This document shows positions 52,720 through 63,597 of a stretch of 64,000 nt of DNA, in pieces. Origin of the DNA: Azolla caroliniana (Eukaryota > Plantae > Polypodiophyta); the NCBI GenBank assembly GCA_043228905.1, contig JBHGNT010000022.1, positions 9,734,001 through 9,798,000 on the forward strand, given 5' to 3'. The translations under genes and the position numbers were made by a program. The number at the start of each line of letters is the position of its first letter. Position 1 is the stretch's first letter. The notes under the pieces were generated by a model. It was not told where the DNA came from and did not search any database. It saw nothing but the letters and a program-made list of their open reading frames with translations.

Positions 52720-55700
52720 TAATGAAACTACTATCCTAATGACAAATTAATGTGGGCTTCCTATTTAGTCATGTTGTATTCAATATAAATGGCGCTGGTG
52801 GTGGAAATAACCAACAAGGTGGAACATAGTTCCACTTAACATCTTCACCTGCTACATCCAAGAAAATAGGAATAGCTGACTTGACTCCCTGCAAGGAGCT
52901 TGATGTAAAGTACACTTGAAAACTTTTCACAAGTCAATGATGAATTATGATGGTGATAAAAAACCGTTTGTTGAGCCAACGTACCCCAAAAGATTGTACC
53001 CCACGTGAATATAGCTGCCCTATACTTACGACCTAAAAGCCTAAGAATACGAGACCAAAAATATTTGGCCGTAACACATTCCCAAAAAGCATGATGCAAT
53101 GTCTCAGATGCAAAACCACACCTACCACATGATCGATTAGATATTGTTCCCCTCAATAAAGCTCCTACTGGCAATGCATAATGAATCATTAACCATCGAA
53201 AATGCAATACCTTGTTCATACACTTAAGTGACCAAAACTGTTTCCAGAACTTCAACATATATGAAGATGACACATTACCTTCCTCCCAATATTGTTTCCT
53301 CACATGTATCAACTGTATCTCATTTAACAAAACATTTCTACCCAATGCCACAGAATATGTGAATAAAGGAAGAACTTTTGTTTGTGTAGTGTCAGACATG
53401 GGCAATTTCCAACTATAATCTGATGGATCCCACTGTAGATCAACAATTGGCCTAGAGTGTGAAACCCATATATGAGATGAATACTTAGCAATTAATGGAT
53501 TAGGATCTATAAATATCTTTTTATCTAATCTAGCAATTACTCTCACTAGCAGCAACTTGGCAGAAGATATAATTGAAGACTCCTCCTCCACTAAAAACAA
53601 CCTACCATTATCCAAAACTTCATAAAAGGAGAGGAAACCATTTTGATGATAGAAACGAGCTCCTATAAGTATATTCAATGTCGAAAACATACCATACCAA
53701 TTTTGAAAATGACCAAATTGCAAAGTTGGTAGTGTTACTTGATACACCGTTCACACTTGAGAGAGCATAATGTTTGCCCCTCTGAAATTAGACACCCTAG
53801 TCTTTTGGTCTTGCACTGCAGTTTGTAGGAAATTTACCCAATCCGCAACCGTACGAGCTAGTCCATTATCCATTGCAGCCCAAGATAACCTAGGTCGTAA
53901 ACCCAAAACACATGCCGCTTCATCAGTAAATAAAGGATTCCATAACAACGGTTGTCACATTAATTGATGATATGTTTTTGGTGGCAAGAAAACAATTGCC
54001 CGACGAATACTTTCCCATGCCCTTAGAATTCCATTAAAAAAACGTAAAGACCCAACCATAGACTTAGGCAACGGAAAATTTGAGTTAAAGAACCATCTAA
54101 GACTAACATGCCATTTACTACCAACCGATGGTTTAAATTTACATAAATGAGACATCCATAACTTTTTCCATAACTCCTCTCCTGGCAATAAACTCCTAAC
54201 AACATGTTTAGCAAGTAATGCTTTACTTTGCATAAAAGGATCAATCAAACCTAAACCTCCTTTTTGTTTGGGTTGTATAAGAACCGATCAAGCTACCTTT
54301 GCTATAGTATTGTGTATAGTAGCATTCCCCCAAATAAAATTCCGCACAAGCCGTTGAACTTTAAGCATTATTGACCTAGAAAACAACCATTTAGACACTA
54401 TATACCAAATGGAGGACAAAAGCACAGAATTTGCAACAACAACACGTCCTGCTAAGGATAACTTTTCCTTATTCTAGTATATTAGCTTATTCCTTAATCT
54501 TAACAACAAGGACGCAAGATTGTAATTAATGAGGATTGCAAGTATCTAGTGGTTTCTCACCAGACACCAGAGGGGGGTTCCAACAGAAGGTAAGTTATTA
54601 AGCGGGACTGTTTCCTCCAACATAAATTGGATATTTCAGGAAGTGCTCCCCCTTATTGTTAGCAGGGTCCGGTGCAAGAATTGGACGTTGTGGGACTTAA
54701 CCCAACACCTTATGGCACGAGTTGACGACAGGTACGTATTGCAAGCACGCCATGGAATGGTTTAATGAGCGAGGTGCAGCTATGAACCCTGTGGATCATC
54801 CACACGCGATTTTATGTAACGAGATTCTTTGCTCATCTTTCAGCGATGGTAATGAAACGGATTTTCTTGTAGCGTGTCAATGGATCAGGGTATGAAATAG
54901 GCGGAGGTAATGACGAGCGTAGGGTCTTTCTGTCCAGGTGTGGGTAATCCGCACACCAAAATAGTTACGAAAACTAGTTCTCCCTCTTTTGAAATTTCAT
55001 ATCTTCTACCTTTAATCCTAACCCCACTCTATATCCTAAATACCTGTTGGACTGCCTGTGAAACCTGCGCTAGGTACATGAAATGGCAAATCTCTCGAAG
55101 CCACCCAAAAACATGATGATTTATCCCAATTGATCAATGCACCCGATGCATCTGAGAAGTCATCCACAACTTTTTGAACTTGTAACAAGTTAAATTGTGA
55201 GGCTTGAACATAAAGAGATGTATCATTAGCAAACTCACTATCGACGCCAACATCTACAAATGGAAATGCTAAACCTTTGATATTAACATGTTGAGAATTT
55301 AAGTGTACAGAAAACGCTTCAAATACTAATAAAAACAAAAAAGGAGCAAGTGGACATCCTTGTCTTACTAATCTTGAAATAGAGGAATGCCTACCAACAT
55401 CCCCTGCAAATAAAAACGAACTATGTGCATTACGATATAATGCTGAAACACCCCATATCCATCTGTTTGGAAAACCCATCTTGAGCAAAGTACCCTCCAT
55501 GAAATTGCAATCCACTTTATCATAAGCTTTTTCGAAATCCAAAAATACCACTGGCAACTTTTGATTCTGCACTTTAGGAAAAACTACCATTTCCCAGAAA
55601 AGAATAATATTATCAAAAATACTTCGCTCTTGTATAAAACCTGTCTGAGAATCATGAATCAATTAAGAAAGATAAGGTTGTAAACGTCTACCTAACGTTT

Positions 55701-58005
55701 TGGCTAATATCTTATAAATAACGTTTAACAAAGTAATTGGCCTCCAATGCTGAAGCTCCTCTATCTGACCACTTGCTTTGGGAATCATGTAAATTAAACT
55801 GTCATTCCATTCTTGCGGTATATTTCCAGAATCTAAAACCTGTTGATAAGCTTTAGTCAGTCTCTCACCTATCAAATCCCAATATTGTATATACCACTGA
55901 ACCCCCAACCCATCCAATCTAGGACAAACATCCTTTGCTAAGGCCTTTGCTGCTTTAAAAATCTCTTGAGGACTTAGTGGTTGCAAAAGACATTTGGAAA
56001 GTTTAACAGACACTCTATATTGAATCCTCGACCAAATAATATCCCATTTAGATAAATCGTCAGTAGAAAAGGATCGAGCCTTCAACAAATCTTCATAATA
56101 TTCAGAGGCTATTTTCCGCATTTGACTAGGATCATTGGTATAACAGCCATCAGGACATTTTAAACGGGAAATCCTAGTAGCCTCCTTATGGTGATTATGC
56201 ATTTTAAAGAACATTTTATTTACTTTATCTCCCAACTCTGCCCATTCAGATGCTATAATGTGGTAAGTAAATTCAGTAGAAACCTTTTGTAATTCTAATA
56301 TCTAATTCCCTACTTGTATCACTCTAGAACTTATATAAGTCGAATATGGCCTTCTCTCTTGCAAATGCTGCAAGGACCTCAATCCCCTCCGAAGTCTTCC
56401 TATTTTAGTGAAAGACGCCTGAAATATTTGTTTGGCCTTATAGTGAAAAAATTGTTGTATTTCAGTAATAACCTTTTGAACACTAGATTGCATAATCATA
56501 AGAATAGACATACTTATTCGACATATTATGCACAACAAGAACACAATCTTGTCTAAGAAACACATGATTCGGAATTTGAAATCTAGAAGTTTTATAGTGT
56601 TCCTGTCCCATGAAAATGAAGGTAAAATTCCAATGGAGCCTCCTTTGTCCCATAGAAACTTATCGGCATAGAATCTATCTAACCTAGACAAATTGGTATG
56701 TAACTCTCTTCTATCTGATCTGGAGTACGCTAAAGAATCTTGTAACCTTACAAAGGAAGACACATGCCACACATCCATTAATCCCAAAGAAAAAATCAAT
56801 CGTTCCCATTCATATAATTCTGAACCAACTACTGTATGTGACCTTCCTCGTACCCTATCACACACATCCTCTAACATATTAAAATCACCTGCAATCGCCC
56901 AATGATCCACAATGGGTAACTGTGAAATTATGCTCTTCCAAAATATCGTTCTATCTCTTGCATTTTTCGGAGCATAAATATTCAATAAACCCCACTTCTT
57001 CAAACCTATTTGAAAAATTGCATATTGACCTCGACCACATGACAAGACTCCATCATGTAAGAATGAGAACAAACAAGTATCTTTTATTGATATACAGAGT
57101 CCAACTTTCAGCCTATTATCACCAACTGCAGGCACCCAAAGCTGCCTCCATTGACCTGGCAACAGATTTCCATATTTCCGAATCCTTTGTTCATTTAAAT
57201 GGTGCTCTTGAATCAAAAGAACATCAATCCTACTTACCAAAGACTTCCTCAACTGACGACGGAAAACACTCCTTACTTTATGACAATTTCTACCTCCTAG
57301 AGCTCGTACATTCCATGATATAATATTTAACCTATCCATCATTCATATTTTTTCCTCCTATTCTTCTTTCTGCAAGTGCAACATCTCTACTCTTTCTTCC
57401 ATCCCTTGAGGCCCGTAATTGTCTCCTATTAGACCAAAGGTCTTTCCCTATCAACTTATGGGACTGCACTGGCACATGTTTATCTACTATATGAACCCTA
57501 TCAGAAGACCTATCCGTTGTAGTGAAAGAAACTATAGCCTCACAATTCATGTTAACATGTGCAATGTCTACCTTTCCCACTTCAATAGGCTTAGGGGCAT
57601 ATTAGATTGTTGTACATGATCAAAAACGTGTTGTTTACCCTTATTAAGTTGATTATTAACTTTATCAATAGATTCCAAAGGTTGTACCTGTGAAAGGATG
57701 TCCTTAGACTTATGTGCCACACGATGTTCCTTTGTAAAAATTGATGGAGAAAGTACGCTATCCATTTTAAAATTACTCGCATCCTTTTCCACTTCCTGTA
57801 AAGAGTGAAAAGGGTTACCTTCAAGTAATAAGACTGGATTAATCACTATATTAGTCGGTTTAAAAACACGTTTTGTTGAAACCATAGACCAACCATCTTT
57901 AGTAACCATTGGTTGATTAGGCCTATAGGCTTCTACATTTGGACGTCACTTCTGACAATCTCGACCTAAATGACCAAATTGACGACACACAAAACATTGA
58001 TCCAG
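52720..58005 (-). mobile_element. L1-clade LINE (3' part of ORF1 plus ORF2), disrupted
   Basis: ORF1 knuckle CFVCRQFGHLGRDC near 57960-58000. APE IISWNVRAL, LIQEHH, NIYAP, AGDFN, SRLDRFY. RT WRPITLLNVIYKILAK, DFEKAYDKV, RQGCPLAP, RYLG. C-terminal CGRC..ETLHHAFWEC. Stops and frameshifts; cut at 58005 by an LTR. Confidence 0.92.
54521..54999. mobile_element. 479-bp insertion without TSD in LINE ORF2
   Basis: Precise removal restores the frame RYLGYRVGLGLKVEDNLASLLLRLRNK. Imperfect termini TGTAATT...AATTTCA. Hairpin GGTGTGGGTAATCCGCACACC followed 16 nt later by CTAG. Confidence 0.75.
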
Positions 58006-58636
58006 TGTCGTGAAGATTTTCGGCAATGGTATGAAAATTGCATGGAACGTACAAAATTAAGTGTGGTTCTTCACACGAGACATGAAACAATAATAGAGAA
58101 GTTACTATTTTAGATTAGCTTAATATCTTGGTATGGGAAGATGGAGGTCTTCAAGAGCTTCCGAATGCATTTTACTACATAAGAAACGAACATCTAAGTG
58201 TCAAGTTATGTGGGTATAAAGTTTTGCAAAAGAAAAAGAGAAAAATAAAACTGTGAAATATCCCACATAGATAGGAAAAGTTTAGGCTCCAGCTGTCAGG
58301 AACAGTACTAAGACAGAGAAGGAATTAATACTAAAAGAAGTATTAGTACTAAGAGAGGTGAAGAACTCTCGAGAGAAGGAAAGAGTGAGTGAGAGAGAGG
58401 GAGAGAGAGAGAGAGAGTGATGATAAGAAAAGATATATATTATGTGAAGAAAATGTACACTAGCTAGGAGGCTTAAGACTGGCGTTGAACCAATTTGGTT
58501 CGAAATAATTCCTTGTGCCTCCTTTTATAGTGTTCTAAGGAATACTCCTGAAGTTTCTAGAATGTTCCAGAGAAATCTGGAATATACATCAATTTTCTAT
58601 AATAAAACATAAATGAAAATAATATTCTACGTATTA

Positions 58637-58708
58637 CAATGTATAGTCTAATGGTCAAGAGCACGACCCATGTAGCATAAGGTCATGGGTTCGAGTCTTG
58701 CCATATCA
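58637..58708 (+). promoter_or_regulatory. tRNA-like A-box/B-box cassette in the 3' LTR (antisense to the element)
   Basis: A-box TAGTCTAATGG at 58644-58654 and B-box GGTTCGAGTCT at 58688-58698; T8-G53 distance 45 nt. TTTT at 58723-58726. Confidence 0.7.
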
Positions 58709-61418
58709 TGACACTATCCCCCTTTTAAAACGACGAGTGTAACGAGTTGTTTTGGATTGAGGACCCGGTTTGTCTGGATATTGACAATGGAAGTCTTCAA
58801 GAAGAGCACGAGCATTGGTGACATTCTCTATCGGTTCCCAAGTACGCTCGCTGGGACTATATCCTAGCCAATCGACTAGATAGTAGAGCTTGTTGCGAAC
58901 AAGCTTGGAATCAAGGATGGCGGCAACCTCGTACTCAGGTCCATCTTCAAGCTCGATCGGGAGTGGAGGCTGTGTAATACGTCCTGGGATGATGCTCTCT
59001 TGATAGGGTTCGAGGAGAGAACTATGAAACACTGGATGTATCTGAAGTTGTGGAGGTAGATCAAGATGAAAAGCGACATCATTAATCTTTCCTATAATAC
59101 GGAAAGGACCTAATCGCCGATAATCCAACTTCTCGCATGGGCGAGTGGTCTTGATGTGTCGTCGGAGTAGCCATACCCGATCTCCAATGTTAAAACTAGA
59201 TGGGAGTCGATGACGATCCGCATAAACCTTGTGTGTTTGTTGAGCTTGTTGGAGGTGAGTAGATACATCCGCTTGTATCTTGCGTAACCGCTTGGGCGAA
59301 TGCATCTGTCTTCAAGTCTTCGCGTATGGTATCGATAATGCGGGAATCCATGGGCATGTCAAAGATCTGTGTTGCTTGTAGTCGTGCCGGTCCCAAGATG
59401 ACTTGTTTTTGGTTATCGAAAGCTGGCTCGCCGGGACGGGGTGCTAGATACGAACACCGTGATAATGCATCTGCCTTCCCTTGGTGCTTCCCCGGATGAT
59501 ATGTAATTTTGAAGTCGAAACGCGTGAGGAAGTGGGCCCACCAAGCTTGACGTCGATTCAACACACAAGCATCCTGAAAGTAGGCAAGGTTCTTGTGGTC
59601 ACTAAATACAGTGACCGGATGAGAGGATCCCTCTAGAAAATGCCTCCATTGCATAAAAGAATCCACTATTGCCAATAGCTCCTTATCATGAATTTCGTAG
59701 TTGATTTCGGCGGCGTCAAACTTGCGTGAGTGAAAAGCCACAGGATGTAGCTTCTCATCATTCCCCTGTTGTGACAGAATGCTCCCCAATGCAAAATCTG
59801 ATGCGTTAGCTTCAATAATGAATGGTTTTTCCAGATCGACATGAGCTAGAATTGGAGCCGATGTAAATGCCTTTTTAAGACTCTCGAAAGCCATGTCCGT
59901 TTCTTCAGACCAGATGAACGGTTGTCCCTTCCTGGTAAGTTGTGTGAGAGGTAGAACGATCTTTGAGTAATCTTGTATGAACTTCCGGTAAAAATTGGCA
60001 AAGCCTAGGAAGCATTGCACATCCTGCACCGAACACGGAGTCTGCCATTCTACCACTGTTTTGACCTTAGCTGGGTCCATGGAGATGCCTTCTGACAAAA
60101 TGATGCACCCTAGAAATTCCACTTGGTTGCACCCGAAACTACATTTTTCCAGCTTTGCATACAGACCATGTTCTCGAAGTCGTTTTAGTACTAATAGTAC
60201 ATGAGAATCATGTGCTTCTTGGGTCTTTGAATAAACCAGTAGATCATCCAAATAGATGATCAAACAATCATCCAATAGATCTCGGAATATATCATTAGCC
60301 ATGTGCTGAAAGACTGCCGGTGCATTAGTGAGGCCGAACGGCATGACCGTATACTCGAAGTGCCCATATTTGGTGCGAAACGCGGTCTTCCATTCGTCTC
60401 CTGGTCGGATCCGTACGAGGTTATATGCTCCCCGTAAGTTGATCTTCCTGAAGAACCTGGCACCATTGATCCGTTCTAAAAGACTTGAGATAAGGGGAAG
60501 AGCATACCTATTCCTGATTGTAACCTTATTCAGGCCACGATAATCTACAACGAGACGAAGCGATCCATCCTTTTTCTTGACGAAGAAAATGGGCGCGCCA
60601 GCTGGAGATTTCGAATGCCGAATGAAACCATTTTCCAAATTCTCCTTTATATAGGCCTGAAGGACTTCCAGCTCAGTTGGTGACAAATTGTAGATCGGTC
60701 CCCATGGCGGCTCTTTTCCTGGTTGTAAATCGATGGGGCAATTGTACGGTCGATGATGAGGAAGTGTGTTGGCTGGTACTTTATCGAACACATCGATGTA
60801 ATGACGATACTTCTCGGGAAGTTGAACGGTGGATTCTTCTTTAGTGGTGCTAGAGGGGTTTACTGATATTGCAAAAAGGAACATTTCTTCCTTGCGCCCT
60901 TCTTTACGCAACTGACATAGCGAAATGGTTGCCATCTTCTGAGTTGACCATTGGGTTTGTCGACACTGGATTTCTCTTGTTCTCCAATCTATGTCTGGGT
61001 TATGGAACTCGAACCACGGTAATCCTAAAACTATGGGATGTTTTGGCATACTAATAATATTAAATGATACTACACATGCTAAGTTATCTAGGACAATATT
61101 AATGGGCTCTGACTCTTCTATGATATTTCCGGAAGCAATGGGACGTCCATCAATGACTACTATAGAGGCTGGACACTGGAGTTTTCTTAGGGATATCTTA
61201 TGAGCTTGAGCAAATTTCTTATCCATAAAGCAAGAGTTAGCTTCGGAATCTATGAGTGTTAGGACATGTACTGGAGGGGTACTTTTAGTACTAACTATTA
61301 CTTGGGCTACGAACACATCACTAACTTGCTTAGAGGGAATGGAACCACTAATGGGCTGCACAGATCTAGGGCTGTCCAACCAAATGACTCCTATTTTGGC
61401 TGGACTTAGTCGTTTAAC
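58706..61418 (-). pseudogene. Chromovirus pol: protease, RT, RNase H, truncated integrase, chromodomain
   Basis: LIDSEA (protease motif, degenerate), LVVDYRGLN, VMPFGLTNAP, YLDD, NASDFALG/NYEIHDKELLAIV, GPF/HPVFH module, chromodomain EYEVAAILDSK..YYLVDWLGY..ERTWEP. No HHCC or DDE integrase core is visible. Confidence 0.92.
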
Positions 61419-62560
61419 TCTTCTTCTAACTAACTAAGGACATCAAATCTGTTTGCTAGATCTGGGCTATTAGTACTATTAGGATTATCAGATATCCCTA
61501 CTGAAATAGGCTCGGGTTTAGTACAATTAGAACTAGCGACTATTTGGTTTACCTGTCTTCTTGGCCTATGGGGGCAATTTATTGCAATATGTCCTGGTCC
61601 ACCGCAGTAAAGACATAGTCGATTTGTACGGCGTCGCTGCTTTTCTTCTTCGGATAATGGCCCTCAACGACGTGTAGTGTCAATCTCCATCGGAGTCGGA
61701 ATATTCGCTGGAGGCGCATTATATGACTCCCTTAGAAAAGGTCTTGCTACCACTGAGGCGTAGGTGGGCTCTGATCTTGCCCTTGGCATTTGTAGCTATC
61801 GTTCCAAACGTCGCTCAAAGAGGCGGTTGTCACATCTCACCGCGCGACTGATTGCTTTTGTTAAGGACTTTGACTCTTCGGGGAAGGTCAAGAGTAAATC
61901 CTTGACGTCGTTGCATAAACCATAACGGAATTGCTCCATCAACGCTTGATCATCCCAAGGGATATCGGCGGCGAGTAGGCGAAAATCTGCAACGTATGCA
62001 GAGGCTGCTGGATGGTCACCTTGGCGTAATCGCCGAATTTTGTTGATTGCGGTCCTGATGCTGTCAGTATCTCCGAAACATGCTTTAAACTCACCTAGAA
62101 ACTCTTCAAAATTGTTGAGTAACGGAGATTCCTTTTCTAATAGTGGAGCGAACCATGCCAACGCTGAGCCACTTAACAAAGTGCCTACTAAACCCACTTG
62201 TGATGCATCGGTGGGATATCAGGAAGGATGCATTTGAATAACTAATCGTACCTGGTTAAGGAACCCTCTAAACTGCGATCGCGTTCCATCGAACTTCGTG
62301 GGAAGGCCAATCTTGGGTTCTTTATGAATCCCTTGTGTTCCGGGCCCTTGTTGTTGCATCGCTACGATGGTGGCTTCGAGTTGTTGCACGCGTAACACAA
62401 GTTCCCCATGTTGTTGTTACGTTTGCTGCTTTTCTAAGGAGATTTGCTGAAGATCCCCCAGCAACCGTTGGTTTTCTTGTTCCAAAGCATGGAACTTCTC
62501 TTTCAAGCATTGAAATTCCGAGAAAACAGATTGATATTCTTCAGCGCTAACAGTGGCCAT
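61406..62560 (-). pseudogene. Chromovirus gag (retrotransposon gag domain plus CCHC)
   Basis: ATG at 62560; [46 protein letters not shown]. In-frame stops and frameshifts. Ends ...GAG TTA AAC GAC TAA. Confidence 0.88.
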
Positions 62561-62620
62561 GGGATGAAAGAAAAGAGGAATAAGAGATTAGTAGGAAATG
62601 AGAGAGATAGAAGGTAAGGA

Positions 62621-62632
62621 AAATCGGTTCAA
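62621..62632 (-). promoter_or_regulatory. Non-tRNA (self-priming type) primer binding site
   Basis: Element sense TTGAACCGATTT, 2 nt after the 5' LTR. It is the exact complement of LTR sequence AAATCGGTTCAA (62847-62836, - strand), 33 nt downstream of the TATA box. Confidence 0.8.
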
Positions 62633-62987
62633 ACTGTTAGGAACAGTACTAAGACAGAGAAGGAATTAATACTAAAAGAAGTATTAGTACTAAGAGAGGT
62701 GAAGAACTCTCGAGAGAAGGAAAGAGTGAGTGAGAGAGAGGGAGAGAGAGATCGAGAGAGAGAGAGAGTGATGATAAGAAACGATATATATTATGTGAAG
62801 AAAATGTACAGTAGCTAGGAGGCTTAAGACTGGCGTTGAACCGATTTGGTTCGAAATAATGCCTTGTGCCTCCTTTTATAGTGTTCTAAGGAATACTCCT
62901 GAAGTTTCTAGAATGTTCCAGAGAAATCTGGAATATATATCAAATTTCTATAATAAAACATTAATGAAAATAATATTCTATGTATTA

Positions 62988-63059
62988 CAATGTATAGTCT
63001 AATGGTCAAGAGCTCGACTCATGTAGCATAAGGTCATGGGTTCGAGTCTTGCCATATCA
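62988..63059 (+). promoter_or_regulatory. tRNA-like A-box/B-box cassette in the 5' LTR (antisense to the element)
   Basis: A-box TAGTCTAATGG at 62995-63005 and B-box GGTTCGAGTCT at 63039-63049. Both boxes are identical to the 3' LTR copy. Confidence 0.7.
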
Positions 63060-63521
63060 TGACACCAGCTATATAAGCAGATTGAGATCCATCATATTTC
63101 ATCTATGTGTTAAGAGCACATAAGAAATAGTTGGACTTGAGCCAGTTTTGTCTAGATGGACATATGTGGCTAAGTCGTCGAACGTGGCTAAGTGCTCAAA
63201 CCGACCGACGATAGAATTGGAAACCGGATGCATCCGGCAACTAGTGACCGAACGTGGATCTGGTGAGGTTTTGGCCAACCAAAACCGGCGGCGGAACCAA
63301 CTACCGGTGATCGGCATTCGGCGACGGATCCGGTGATGAACGGTGACGGAACCGGTTACTCGACATCTGGCATCTGGCATCCGACGACCTCAGGATACGG
63401 ACCAAACTGGCTCGAGATGCGGACCGAACCGGGCCAAACCGAAGGAATGCAAATCGGTCGTGGTGCATGGTGTTTTAAAGATATTTGGTCCAAAAGCCTA
63501 ATAGTATTTTGTGCATAAAAG

Positions 63522-63597
63522 AAAAAGATGTAAGCAAGACTCGAACTTAACACCTCCAAGATATGAAGCAATAGGCTTACCATTAAGCCAAATAATT
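63522..63597 (-). promoter_or_regulatory. tRNA-like A-box/B-box cassette with D-stem and oligo-T terminator in the outer LTR
   Basis: Minus strand: TGGCTTAATGGTAAGCC (consensus A-box; GGCTT/AAGCC stem), then AGTTCGAGTCT (B-box; 44-nt spacing), then TTTTT at 63526-63522. Confidence 0.72.

Larger units (their letters stand above)
58294..63064 (-). mobile_element. Ty3/gypsy chromovirus (Tcn1/Tf1-like), integrase core deleted
   Basis: LTRs 58294-58713 and 62635-63064 (about 11 substitutions plus a GA-tract indel by eye). 5-bp TSD CCAGC at 58289-58293 and 63065-63069. PPT AAAAGGGGGATAG (58714-58726). Order gag-PR-RT-RH-(INT C-term)-chromodomain. Confidence 0.96.

Noticed and set aside
54522-55000. 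Insert read as an AT-AC (U12) intron on the LINE strand or as a group II intron
   Set aside because: It lacks the ATATCCT donor and TCCTTAAC branch consensus, and has no GTGYG start or domain V.
58637-58708. Functional tRNA genes inside the LTRs (also 15049-15122, 62988-63059, 63522-63597)
   Set aside because: Acceptor and anticodon stems do not pair, so these are reported as tRNA-like promoter cassettes rather than tRNAs.
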